A stretch of 64,000 nt of DNA from the NCBI GenBank assembly GCA_041675085.1, contig JBAYUN010000001.1, forward strand, positions 9,829-73,828, written 5' to 3'. Under the pieces are notes generated by a model. The model was not told where the DNA came from. It did not search any database and worked only from the letters and a program-made list of their open reading frames with translations. Source of the DNA: Minisyncoccota bacterium (GTDB lineage Bacteria; Patescibacteriota; Minisyncoccia; Phycocordibacterales; UBA9973). This document shows, piece by piece, positions 8,851-17,511 of this stretch. The first letter of the stretch is position 1. Every line of letters begins with the position of its first letter. Made by a program: the position numbers and the translations under genes.

Positions 8851-10011
8851 TTAAGGCATAAACTGCTTTAGGGCAGATTTGATAGTATTTTTGAAATCAT
8901 TGAAAAATAAGGCTAGAGATCCTTCTTCATATACCTTCTCTTTGCCTACGAGCAATAGTCCGATAGCAGGGAACCAAGAACTTTCTTTTAATTTGGTTTT
9001 GATAGTGCCGAACATCTCAGTAGTACCGATACGACTCGGTAATTTTAAAATCATTTTTGATAGTTCGATGATAGACTCAGTATTGGCTCCACCTCCAGTC
9101 CAGATCACACCTCCAGGTAGAAGTTCATTTCTTTTAATTTTCTTTAAATGATTTTCTATTAATTCAAATACATCAGAGAGACGAGCTTCAACTATCTCAT
9201 CTACTTTTTTCTTGGAAATATTTTCTGGGATTTTTCCCATCTTGATATTCTCAGCTTCTTCGAGAGTTATTTTTAATCCGAGAGCTATGTCGTTTGTGAT
9301 GTCTGTACCTCCGATACTAAAAGTATGCAAAGCTACGAGAGCTTCGTTTTCAAAGATGGCGATATTTGTAGTTTCAGAACCGAGGTCGACAAGTAATGAA
9401 CCTACGATTTTTTGTTTTTTGTTTAGAGCGATATTGCTAGTAGCTATGATACCGACTACGATATCTATGACTTCGACTCCAGCTCCTGTGACTACGGATA
9501 CGAGATCTTCAAAATGTTGATTGGAACAAGTCGCAAATAAGGCTTTGATTTCTAGTTTGTTACCGATATTGCCTTCAATTCTACCGACAATTTCTTTACC
9601 GTCTAATTTGTAGGCAATAGGGAAGACTTGGACTACTTTTTTGTTGCCGAGGTTTAGATTGTCTTCACAGTCTTCTAATGCTTTTTCGATATCTAGATGA
9701 GTGACTTCATTGTCGGCTTTAGATACTATAGTCGTACCTGTAGAGGTCTCGCCTTTGAGTGTGACTCCTCCAATAGATAAGAAAGCGCGTTTGATTTTGA
9801 TACCTGAGGATTTCTCGGCGAGAGTTAGAGCTTTTTTGAGTGAACGTATAGCGTCTGTAGTAGATATCACATACCCATGACGCAGTCCTTCGGTAGGACT
9901 CTCACCAATACCAATAATACTAGGATTTGTTTCTCCTTTTAGAAATTCACCTACAACCACTCTCGTAGTCGTAGTACCTATATCTATTCCTACAGAAATA
10001 TTTCTAATCAT
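8851..10011 (-). CDS. ftsA: cell division protein FtsA
   Basis: 386 aa actin-like; 'VGIDIGTTTTRVVVGE' phosphate-1 motif; immediately upstream of ftsZ on the same strand. Confidence 0.9.
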   Translation of the reverse strand: MIRNISVGIDIGTTTTRVVVGEFLKGETNPSIIGIGESPTEGLRHGYVISTTDAIRSLKKALTLAEKSSGIKIKRAFLSIGGVTLKGETSTGTTIVSKADNEVTHLDIEKALEDCEDNLNLGNKKVVQVFPIAYKLDGKEIVGRIEGNIGNKLEIKALFATCSNQHFEDLVSVVTGAGVEVIDIVVGIIATSNIALNKKQKIVGSLLVDLGSETTNIAIFENEALVALHTFSIGGTDITNDIALGLKITLEEAENIKMGKIPENISKKKVDEIVEARLSDVFELIENHLKKIKRNELLPGGVIWTGGGANTESIIELSKMILKLPSRIGTTEMFGTIKTKLKESSWFPAIGLLLVGKEKVYEEGSLALFFNDFKNTIKSALKQFMP

Positions 10012-10059
10012 TAAAATATTAAAATTTTAAATTCTAATATTTTTATTATATCACTTAAT

Positions 10060-10464
10060 TTAAAATTTAGTATGGGATAAATATTTTTTTTCAAAAATCT
10101 CTTCCAATTTTTCCATTTTATCTCCGTGGTCCAAACCTTTGAGATGAAGCATTCCGTGAATTATTAAAAATCCTAAAAAGTTTGGTAGCTTGCGGTCAAA
10201 GTTTTTCCTCTCGCGAATTACAACTTTGGGACAGATAACAAGCTCGCCTTCTTTTTTAGAAAGAGAGAAAGATAGTACATTTGTAGATTTATTTTTATTG
10301 CGATAGAGAGTATTTAATTCTTTTGAAGTTTTCTCACTGACGTAGGCGATAGATAGGATATAATTTTTACCCAAGATCTCATCTTTCATCATAGACAACA
10401 GAGAAAAAGGCAAGCCAAAAGCTTTCTCTCTTGTTTTGTTTATGATTTCAAGTTTTTCCTCCAC
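10060..10464 (-). CDS. ybeY: rRNA maturation RNase YbeY
   Basis: 134 aa; 'HGMLHLKGLDH' metal-binding motif. Confidence 0.85.
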   Translation of the reverse strand: MEEKLEIINKTREKAFGLPFSLLSMMKDEILGKNYILSIAYVSEKTSKELNTLYRNKNKSTNVLSFSLSKKEGELVICPKVVIRERKNFDRKLPNFLGFLIIHGMLHLKGLDHGDKMEKLEEIFEKKYLSHTKF

Positions 10465-10472
10465 GAGTAGAA

Positions 10473-10700
10473 TTATCTAATTTTACCAAGTTTGCGAAGT
10501 TTGTCGATTTCTTTTCTGCGAGTTAGTCTCTTTAGAGTACCTTTCTTTACTTTAAGTTTAGATTCTGTTCTTTCGTTGTAGCGGTTCTTCTTAACTTTTT
10601 GGATAATACTAGATTCTTGAACTCTACGAGAAAAGCGACGCAATATACTTGCATTGTTTTCGTTTGGGTTTTTTTGTACCTCTATTACTGTGTTTGCCAT
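10473..10700 (-). CDS. rpsU: 30S ribosomal protein S21
   Basis: 75 aa basic protein; 'ILRRFSRRVQESSII...RYNERTESKLKVKKG' fits bS21. Confidence 0.8.
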   Translation of the reverse strand: MANTVIEVQKNPNENNASILRRFSRRVQESSIIQKVKKNRYNERTESKLKVKKGTLKRLTRRKEIDKLRKLGKIR

Positions 10701-10810
10701 ATAGAGTATAGATTATCATAAATAAAATATATCGCAAGTATTTTGTCGTTTTTATGAGATATATGTGTTCTGGTGATGGACTTTGAAATAAAAAAGTGTA
10801 ATATTGATAT

Positions 10811-11278
10811 ATGGATAAGAAAATAGTTTATATTACAGAAGAAAAGAAAAAGGAGCTTGAAGCAGAGCTTTTAGAGCTATCAGGTCCAAAAAGAAAAGAA
10901 ATTATTGATGCCTTGGAGTATGCGAAATCCTTGGGTGATTTGTCTGAAAATGCTGAATATCACCAAGCTCGCGAAGATCAAGGTAAATTAGAAGAAAGAA
11001 TTAAAAAAGTAGAACAAATTTTAAAATCTTCAGAAGTCGTTAAAAAATCTGGAGGGGACACTGTGGAGATAGGTTCGGATGTTGTCGTCGAAAAAGAAGG
11101 CACTAAAGAACAAAAGAATTACATAATAGTAGGTGGAGAAGAAGCCGACATGCTTCAAAACAAAATCTCAAACAATTCACCTATAGGTCAAGCTCTCTTT
11201 GGCAAGAAAAAAGGCGACACTGTTTCTTTTCGCACTCCAAAAGGTTTGGTCAATTACAAAATAATCAAAGTTTCATAA
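10811..11278 (+). CDS. greA: transcription elongation factor GreA
   Basis: 155 aa; 'GDLSENAEYHQAREDQ' signature. Confidence 0.9.
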   Translation: MDKKIVYITEEKKKELEAELLELSGPKRKEIIDALEYAKSLGDLSENAEYHQAREDQGKLEERIKKVEQILKSSEVVKKSGGDTVEIGSDVVVEKEGTKEQKNYIIVGGEEADMLQNKISNNSPIGQALFGKKKGDTVSFRTPKGLVNYKIIKVS

Positions 11279-11287
11279 AATAAAAAT

Positions 11288-12751
11288 ATGTCTTCAATTG
11301 ACGAGATTCGAGACGTGCGTCTAGCAAAATTAAAAATCCTGAAAGACCGAGGTATCAATCCTTACCCTGCAGAAACAAAAAGAGAATTATCCCTCCTAGA
11401 GGCGATAAGTTCTTTTTATATGTTAGAAATAGAGAAATCTACTAAATGGGTCTCTGGTCGTATTATGTCTATCCGAGGCCAAGGGGCAATTTTGTTTATT
11501 ACTCTTTTTGACGGTACAGCGAACTTCCAAGGAGTTTTAAAACTCGACGTACTTGGCGAAGAGAAATTGAATCTATTCAATGAAGTTATTGATATTGGAG
11601 ATTTTATCGAAATCTCTGGAACTTTTTTTACTACTAAAAGAGGTGAGAAAAGTATCGAAGTTTTAGATTGGAATATATTGACCAAGACTTTATTACCGCT
11701 TCCTGAGAAATGGCACGGACTGACTGATATCGAAGAAAGATTCCGCAAGAGATATTTAGATATTTTAATGAATGAAGAAATCCGGGACATCTTGTCTAAG
11801 AAAATGAAATTCTGGGAAGTGACTCGTAACTTTATGAAAGAGAGAGGATTCTTAGAAGTCGAGACTCCTACACTCGAGGTGACTACTGGAGGCGCAGAAG
11901 CTACACCTTTTAAAACATATAACGAAGATTTTAAACTGCCTTTATATATGCGTATCTCTATCGGTGAGTTATGGCAGAAGAGACTTATGGCGGCTGGATT
12001 TCCAAAGACTTTTGAAATAGGTAGAGCTTATCGTAATGAAGGTTCTGATGCGAACCATTTGCAAGAATTCGTAAATATGGAATTCTATTGGGCTTATGCC
12101 AGTTATAAAGACGGTATGATTCTAGTAGAAGAATTATATAAAAAGATAGCCCATGATGTTTTCGGCAAGACGGATTTTGAAACTCGCGGTCATTCTTTTG
12201 ACCTTGGTGGGAATTGGGAGAAGATAGACTATACTGAGACTGTTAAAAAGGAGACTGGAGTAGACCTAAATAATACAACTTATGAAGAAGTAAAAAAGAC
12301 TCTAGAGAGACTCGAAGTGAAATACGACGGGGACACTATGGAGCGCCTCGTAGATACTCTTTGGAAATATTGCCGTAGAAAAATATCTGGACCGGTGTTC
12401 CTAACTGGGCATCCAAAGCTCGTCTCACCACTTTCAAAATCTATGCCTAACGATACAGATAAGACTGAGAGATTCCAAGTCATTATCGCAGGCTCTGAAG
12501 TCGGGAACGGCTTTTCTGAGCTCAACGATCCGATAGATCAAGCTGAGAGATTCCAAGTCCAACAAGATTTACTAAATGCAGGGGACAAAGAAGCTATGAT
12601 GCCAGATATGGAATTCGTAGAAATGCTCGAATACGGTATGCCTCCGACTTGTGGGTTCGGATTTGGAGAAATGTTCTTCGCCTTCCTAGCCGACAAACCA
12701 ATCCGCGAAACTCAATTCTTCCCACTAATGAAGCCAAAACGAGAGGAGTAA
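11288..12751 (+). CDS. lysS: lysine--tRNA ligase (class II)
   Basis: 487 aa; OB-fold N-terminus; 'FEIGRAYRNEGSDANHLQEFVNMEFYWAY' motif 2; 'GFGFGEMFFAF' motif 3. Confidence 0.95.
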   Translation: MSSIDEIRDVRLAKLKILKDRGINPYPAETKRELSLLEAISSFYMLEIEKSTKWVSGRIMSIRGQGAILFITLFDGTANFQGVLKLDVLGEEKLNLFNEVIDIGDFIEISGTFFTTKRGEKSIEVLDWNILTKTLLPLPEKWHGLTDIEERFRKRYLDILMNEEIRDILSKKMKFWEVTRNFMKERGFLEVETPTLEVTTGGAEATPFKTYNEDFKLPLYMRISIGELWQKRLMAAGFPKTFEIGRAYRNEGSDANHLQEFVNMEFYWAYASYKDGMILVEELYKKIAHDVFGKTDFETRGHSFDLGGNWEKIDYTETVKKETGVDLNNTTYEEVKKTLERLEVKYDGDTMERLVDTLWKYCRRKISGPVFLTGHPKLVSPLSKSMPNDTDKTERFQVIIAGSEVGNGFSELNDPIDQAERFQVQQDLLNAGDKEAMMPDMEFVEMLEYGMPPTCGFGFGEMFFAFLADKPIRETQFFPLMKPKREE

Positions 12752-12830
12752 TAAAACTTGCTTTTAATAAGTTTTGTGTTTATATTTAGTAAGAGTATAA
12801 TTTTGTACTTGCAAATTTAAATAACAAAAA

Positions 12831-13193
12831 ATGTTAACACATAATCAAATCCTAGAATCTTCTGTGATTTTTATTGAGTTCGAAGATTCCAATCAAGATG
12901 AACCTTATCTTGTTGTAAAAAAGAGCATAGGGACTATTTCAGAAGCTATGATGCTTCTTGGGTTTAAATTTTCTGATTTATTCAAGTATTTGAAAAGCAA
13001 TATTGAATTTAATCCTTTTACTGATACTAGCTTGTTAGATCGTTTTTATATTAAATATGAAAAAGACGGATCTCATAAAGGAGTAAAATGTTATAGAAAA
13101 ATTACAGAATCAGAAAAAGTTAAAATTTCAAATGAATTAGATTCATTTGAATTATTCGACAAAAAATTACAGGAAGTAATATTTAACTCTTAA
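12831..13193 (+). CDS. hypothetical protein
   Basis: 120-aa ORF; no recognisable motifs; followed by a hairpin plus T-run. Confidence 0.5.
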   Translation: MLTHNQILESSVIFIEFEDSNQDEPYLVVKKSIGTISEAMMLLGFKFSDLFKYLKSNIEFNPFTDTSLLDRFYIKYEKDGSHKGVKCYRKITESEKVKISNELDSFELFDKKLQEVIFNS

Positions 13194-13326
13194 AAAGGAT
13201 ACTTTCTGCAAACAAAAAGCTTTGAGCATTATGTTCGAAGCTTTTTTTTATTTGCTTTAAATACTTTTTCTATTTATATTTATAACGAAAGGCAATTTTG
13301 CAGTAGTACTTTTAAAATAATAAATA

Positions 13327-13812
13327 ATGAAAGCATTATACGATAAGAGTGATAGAGATTATTATATTCTTTTTGAGGAAGGTGAAATATCTAAAATCCT
13401 AGCAGGTGCTAAACTCATTTGTCTGCTTTATATGAGATCAAGTGGTCAAGCTAGATTCATAGAATACATGAGGCCAAATTTTGAAATCCATATTTTGGAA
13501 ACAAACCTCGATCTTTTTACAAGGCAAAAGAGTTTATTTGAAAATAAATCATATACATTTTCTTACAGTGACGTTTTGCTGGAATATCCTTTGCAAGGTA
13601 CTATCCGTTTATTTTTATCAAAAGAATGGATTGAGATAGGTTTGAATGAAGAATTGTTGAACCGTTGCGGTATGAATGAACAGAGGTATTGCACCTCAGG
13701 GAGTAAGGTCCATTTTTATTCAAAGGATAGTAAACATATGATGACTAGTCAGCAGAACATGATATTTGAATCAGAAGAAATAGCTTGGACTAAGGAATAT
13801 GGTAACTCGTAA
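13327..13812 (+). CDS. hypothetical protein
   Basis: 161-aa ORF; no recognisable motifs. Confidence 0.5.
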   Translation: MKALYDKSDRDYYILFEEGEISKILAGAKLICLLYMRSSGQARFIEYMRPNFEIHILETNLDLFTRQKSLFENKSYTFSYSDVLLEYPLQGTIRLFLSKEWIEIGLNEELLNRCGMNEQRYCTSGSKVHFYSKDSKHMMTSQQNMIFESEEIAWTKEYGNS

Positions 13813-13833
13813 AATAGCTCATAAAAAATTAGA

Positions 13834-13971
13834 TTGAAAGAGTTTTGAATTTAATATTCAAGACTCTTTTTTATTATTAACCTTGCTAAATACTAAGAAT
13901 TGTGTTATTCTATTTTTGATATAGTCCTTTGATAAAGATAAGGATATTTTTAAATCTTAAAATTTTAAACA
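13834..13971 (+). repeat. intergenic terminator-promoter module, copy A
   Basis: About 85-90% identical over ~140 bp to 14443..14579; hairpin AAAGAGTTTTGAA...TTCAAGACTCTTT plus T-run, then TTGCTA-17 nt-TATTCT promoter-like motif, ending at the ATG. Confidence 0.7.
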
Positions 13972-14430
13972 ATGAACAAGAGTGTTGGCTTAGGTTCTTT
14001 TTTTATTGGGGCTGGAGTAGCCTTAATTTTTACTTTAAATTTAAATGATAATTCTGTTGAGCTTATCATTAAATTTTGTATTGGAGGACTTTTTGTTGTA
14101 TTACCTTATTTTTTAATTATTTCATCTTATGATATCAGTCAAATAAGATACATTGATGATTTGAGCGATGGCAAAAAATTTACAGTGATTTGTAAGTTTG
14201 AAAATATGTTCAAAGACAATACTGCTAATTATTCTCGCTTGTTATTTATTGTTAATGAGGTAAAAGATTATGATTTTTTTTTAATAAGCATGTCGGTAAA
14301 AGATTATAACAGTACAGGAACAAAAGAAGAATTTTTCTTTTGTTCTCTTAACCGAAGTATTTCTTTAAATTTAGAAGACTATAAAACTTATTTTAAAAAA
14401 GAGGGTAAATTTTTTCTTTTAGAAGAATAG
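13972..14430 (+). CDS. hypothetical membrane protein
   Basis: 152 aa; two N-terminal TM helices. Confidence 0.5.
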   Translation: MNKSVGLGSFFIGAGVALIFTLNLNDNSVELIIKFCIGGLFVVLPYFLIISSYDISQIRYIDDLSDGKKFTVICKFENMFKDNTANYSRLLFIVNEVKDYDFFLISMSVKDYNSTGTKEEFFFCSLNRSISLNLEDYKTYFKKEGKFFLLEE

Positions 14431-14442
14431 AAATTTATTTTA

Positions 14443-14579
14443 AATTGAAAGAGTTTTGGATATTATATTCAAGACTCTTTTTAATTTCATGACTTGCTAA
14501 ATACTAAGAATTGTGTTATTGTATTTTTGACATAGTCCTTTAACATAGGATATTTTTAAATCTTAAAAATTTTTAAATT
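14443..14579 (+). repeat. intergenic terminator-promoter module, copy B
   Basis: Near-identical to 13834..13971, ending at the ATG of the next gene. Confidence 0.7.
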
Positions 14580-14840
14580 ATGAATACTAAGAGTTTTAAT
14601 TCTATTGAGCCAGTTGATGGCATGTTAGGATTTCTTGCTTTGTGGCTATTTTTAATATACCTAACGGTATTTAAAATAGTAGGTACAGAAACAATAAATA
14701 CCTTACCTCCAATTGGAGGAGTAGCATTTGCTTTGTTGTTAATTTTACTTATGTTTCCATCAATGTGGGTGGTGTCTAAAGTTGTATTTTTTTTGACACA
14801 TAAAAAATATAAACATGAAAGCAGATTTCAAAACTATTAA
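14580..14840 (+). CDS. hypothetical small membrane protein
   Basis: 86 aa; two TM helices. Confidence 0.45.
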   Translation: MNTKSFNSIEPVDGMLGFLALWLFLIYLTVFKIVGTETINTLPPIGGVAFALLLILLMFPSMWVVSKVVFFLTHKKYKHESRFQNY

Positions 14841-15066
14841 AAAATCAGTAGCATTACCAGAAGGTTTCACTTCAGTTGAAACGGGGCTACCAATCTTAAA
14901 GTTGAGAGTTACGTGCTTCATGAGTAACGGTACTTCTTTCATTGGTTGGAGATATCATAATGTGATGAGAAGTGGATGGTATATTTATTATGATCCTGAC
15001 CTCCGTGCTAACTTAGATTGGGGTGGTGTTCACTTATTGGGTTGGAAATTCATAGAACATGAATAA
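14815..15066 (+). CDS. hypothetical protein
   Basis: 83-aa ORF overlapping the previous gene by 26 nt in another frame; followed by a terminator-like hairpin at ~15080-15117. Confidence 0.4.
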   Translation: MKADFKTIKKSVALPEGFTSVETGLPILKLRVTCFMSNGTSFIGWRYHNVMRSGWYIYYDPDLRANLDWGGVHLLGWKFIEHE

Positions 15067-15140
15067 TTACATTTAAAGTATAAGAGTTTTGCGTATTTGT
15101 TATGCAAAGCTCTTTTTTATTTGTGTTATAATATAAGTAT

Positions 15141-15241
15141 GAATCCCGTTAAAAATTTTAAAGAACGGGAGTTATAATGTATTTTATTTAGAACTTATAA
15201 CGTGTAGTTTAATTATAAATTAATCAAAAATATTTAACGGG
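15141..15241 (+). promoter_or_regulatory. conserved 5' leader module (palindrome TCCCGTT-N13-AACGGGA plus 34-nt block ending AAATATTTAACGGG-ATG), copy 1
   Basis: Shares a 34-nt identical block and the same palindrome-to-ATG spacing (~71-73 nt) with the minus-strand region 20945..21045. Confidence 0.6.
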
Positions 15242-15589
15242 ATGAAAATAATTTTACAATGGTTGATCGTCGCAGGAGCGGTTTTGGCTACTTCTTATAT
15301 CGTACCGGGGATATCTGTGGCGAGTTTTTATATTGCTCTTATTGTGGCTTTAGTCTGGGGAGTATTTAGTTTGTCTATTAAGCCAATATTGCATATTTTA
15401 ACCCTACCTATCACTATCTTAACTCTAGGACTTTTCTCCCTCGTGATTAATGGATTATTGTTCTGGTTTATCTCTACTTTTATCAAAGGTTTTCAAGTAG
15501 AGAGTTTTGTTTCAGCGATACTGGGTGCTTTTGCAGTCTCTATTATTACTTGGTTTTTGGGTATCATCCTTTTACCAAAAGAAGATTAG
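15242..15589 (+). CDS. DUF360/YvlD-type 'phage holin family' small membrane protein
   Basis: 115 aa; four TM segments; 'LSIKPILHILTLPITILTLGLFSLVINGLLF' pattern typical of this family. Confidence 0.6.
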   Translation: MKIILQWLIVAGAVLATSYIVPGISVASFYIALIVALVWGVFSLSIKPILHILTLPITILTLGLFSLVINGLLFWFISTFIKGFQVESFVSAILGAFAVSIITWFLGIILLPKED

Positions 15590-15615
15590 TATGAATACAT
15601 AGGGTAACCCTATGT

Positions 15616-15652
15616 AAAAAGCCCTCAGCCGTCAGGCTGAGGGCTTTTTTGT
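15616..15652 (+). terminator. rho-independent terminator
   Basis: GCCCTCAGCC-gtca-GGCTGAGGGC followed by TTTTTT. Confidence 0.85.
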
Positions 15653-15707
15653 TGTTTTCATTTTTACTATTAGTTATCCACATTTTTCTTTGATTTATTG
15701 TTTGTGT

Positions 15708-15755
15708 AGTGGGGTAGAGTGGTGTACAATATATATGAAGTGGGAAAAAGTGGGA
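15708..15755 (+). promoter_or_regulatory. mraZ promoter with candidate MraZ-box direct repeats
   Basis: AGTGG(G/T) repeats at 15708, 15718, 15739, 15749 (about 10-bp periodicity) flanking a TACAAT -10 hexamer (15725-15730), ~25 nt upstream of the mraZ ATG. Confidence 0.45.
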
Positions 15756-15778
15756 TGAGAATTTAAGTAGAATAATTT

Positions 15779-16216
15779 ATGCTAATAGGAGAATATACAC
15801 ACAAAATAGATGAAAAAGGACGTGTTTCTTTACCTGCAAAATGGAGGAAAGAAATGGGTAACAAAATCATCATAACAAGAGGACTCGACAATTGTTTGTT
15901 TGTATTTACTTCGAAAGAGTGGATTAAATTATCAGCTGAATTATCTTCTTCATCATGGTTGAAGTCTGATACCCGTGCTTTTAATAGAAGAATATTTGGA
16001 GGAGCAACAGAAGTCGAGATAGATACAGTCGGTAGAATGCTCTTACCAGAATTCTTGAAAAAAGAAGCTAGTTTGGTAGATATGGACAAAGCCGTATTGA
16101 TAGGAGTCGATAATAGAATAGAAGTTTGGAATGAAGTCGTTTGGTCGGATTATAAAAACATTACTGATAAACAAGCCGATGAGATAGCAGAGAAAATCGG
16201 TAATACAATTCGATAA
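15779..16216 (+). CDS. mraZ: transcriptional regulator MraZ
   Basis: 145 aa; two 'KGRVSLP'/'GRMLLP'-type half-domains. Confidence 0.9.
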   Translation: MLIGEYTHKIDEKGRVSLPAKWRKEMGNKIIITRGLDNCLFVFTSKEWIKLSAELSSSSWLKSDTRAFNRRIFGGATEVEIDTVGRMLLPEFLKKEASLVDMDKAVLIGVDNRIEVWNEVVWSDYKNITDKQADEIAEKIGNTIR

Positions 16217-17115
16217 TGACTACAGTCCATAAAAGCGTTCTTTTAAAAGAAACTATAGAAGGTCTAAATCTGTCTAATGCATCTGTCGTTATCGACGGGA
16301 CTTTCGGTGGAGGAGGGCATACCAAAGAGATATTGACTCAATACCCGAACACAAAAGTTATCGCTATCGATAGGGATATCGGAGCTTTTGATAGAGCTAT
16401 GAGTAAACTCGTAGGTTTAGAAGATAGGATATCTTTCCATAATTTAAATTTTAAAGATTTAAATTATGCATTAGAGAGAGAAGATATCGAGCAAGTTGAT
16501 GCTATTTTACTCGACTTGGGACTTTCTTCAGATCAGCTCGATAATTCTAAAAGAGGATTTTCATTTCTAAGAGATGAAGACTTGCTTATGACTATGAAAG
16601 AGTCACCAGACGGAGACGACGTCACAGCCAAAGATATAGTCAATACTTGGAGTGAAGAATCTATCGCAGATATTATCTACGGGTACGGAGAAGAGACTTT
16701 TGCTCGAGTTATCGCTCGCAATATTGTCCTGGCTCGTAAGGATAAAGAAATAAATACTACTTTTGATCTAGTAAAGATTATCGAGAGTAGTGTCAATAAA
16801 TCTTACCGTAACAAAAAGACTCATTGCGCTACAAAGACTTTCCAAGCTTTACGTATAGCTACCAACGACGAATTGCAAAGCATAGAACAAGCTTTAGAAA
16901 AAAGTTTAGAAGCTTTAAAAGTAGGAGGACGTCTAGCAGTGATTAGTTTCCATAGTCTCGAAGACAGGATAGTAAAGAATTTCTATAAAACAAAATCCCA
17001 AAACAAAGAAGTTATTTTGATAAATAAGAAACCAATAATCCCAGGTGAAGAAGAATTAAAAGAAAATAAAAGATCTCGTAGTGCCAAACTAAGAATTTTA
17101 GAAAAAATATTATAA
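16216..17115 (+). CDS. rsmH: 16S rRNA (cytosine1402-N4)-methyltransferase RsmH
   Basis: 299 aa; 'HKSVLLKETIEGL', 'DGTFGGGGH' SAM motif. Confidence 0.9.
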   Translation: MTTVHKSVLLKETIEGLNLSNASVVIDGTFGGGGHTKEILTQYPNTKVIAIDRDIGAFDRAMSKLVGLEDRISFHNLNFKDLNYALEREDIEQVDAILLDLGLSSDQLDNSKRGFSFLRDEDLLMTMKESPDGDDVTAKDIVNTWSEESIADIIYGYGEETFARVIARNIVLARKDKEINTTFDLVKIIESSVNKSYRNKKTHCATKTFQALRIATNDELQSIEQALEKSLEALKVGGRLAVISFHSLEDRIVKNFYKTKSQNKEVILINKKPIIPGEEELKENKRSRSAKLRILEKIL

Positions 17116-17136
17116 ATTAATTAAAACAAAAACAAA

Positions 17137-17511
17137 ATGAAACAAGCAAGTATAAAAGTGAAAAATTATAAAGACGCAATAGATACTATAGATAGCAGAA
17201 TAGGTCTACGTAGTAAGGTTCTGTATTTTATTGTGGTAGCTTTCGGTATTTTTTCTTTTTTGTATGTTCTTGTTTTAGGCAATATGATTTTTAATATCAT
17301 CGAACGCAAAACCGTCGAATTAGATATCCGCAATTTGGCAAATGAAGTCGGCAATTTGGAATCAGACTATATAGCGCTCGCGAATACTATAGACAAGAAT
17401 TCCTCGGTCAGTTTTGGCTTCAATGAGATAAGTCCAGTTTTTGCTACTAGAACCGCTATTGGTTTTATTCCAGAAGGTAATAATACAAGATTAGCAGCAA
17501 ATGAAATCTAA
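17137..17511 (+). CDS. ftsL: cell division protein FtsL-like (single TM plus coiled coil)
   Basis: 124 aa; TM at ~aa 28-50; position between rsmH and ftsI. Confidence 0.55.
   Translation: MKQASIKVKNYKDAIDTIDSRIGLRSKVLYFIVVAFGIFSFLYVLVLGNMIFNIIERKTVELDIRNLANEVGNLESDYIALANTIDKNSSVSFGFNEISPVFATRTAIGFIPEGNNTRLAANEI

Noticed and set aside
13834-14579. Integron attC interpretation of the duplicated ~140-bp intergenic modules.
   Set aside because: No R''/L''-L'/R' core (GTTRRRY/RYYYAAC) organisation and no nearby intI; the modules look like terminator hairpin plus promoter instead.
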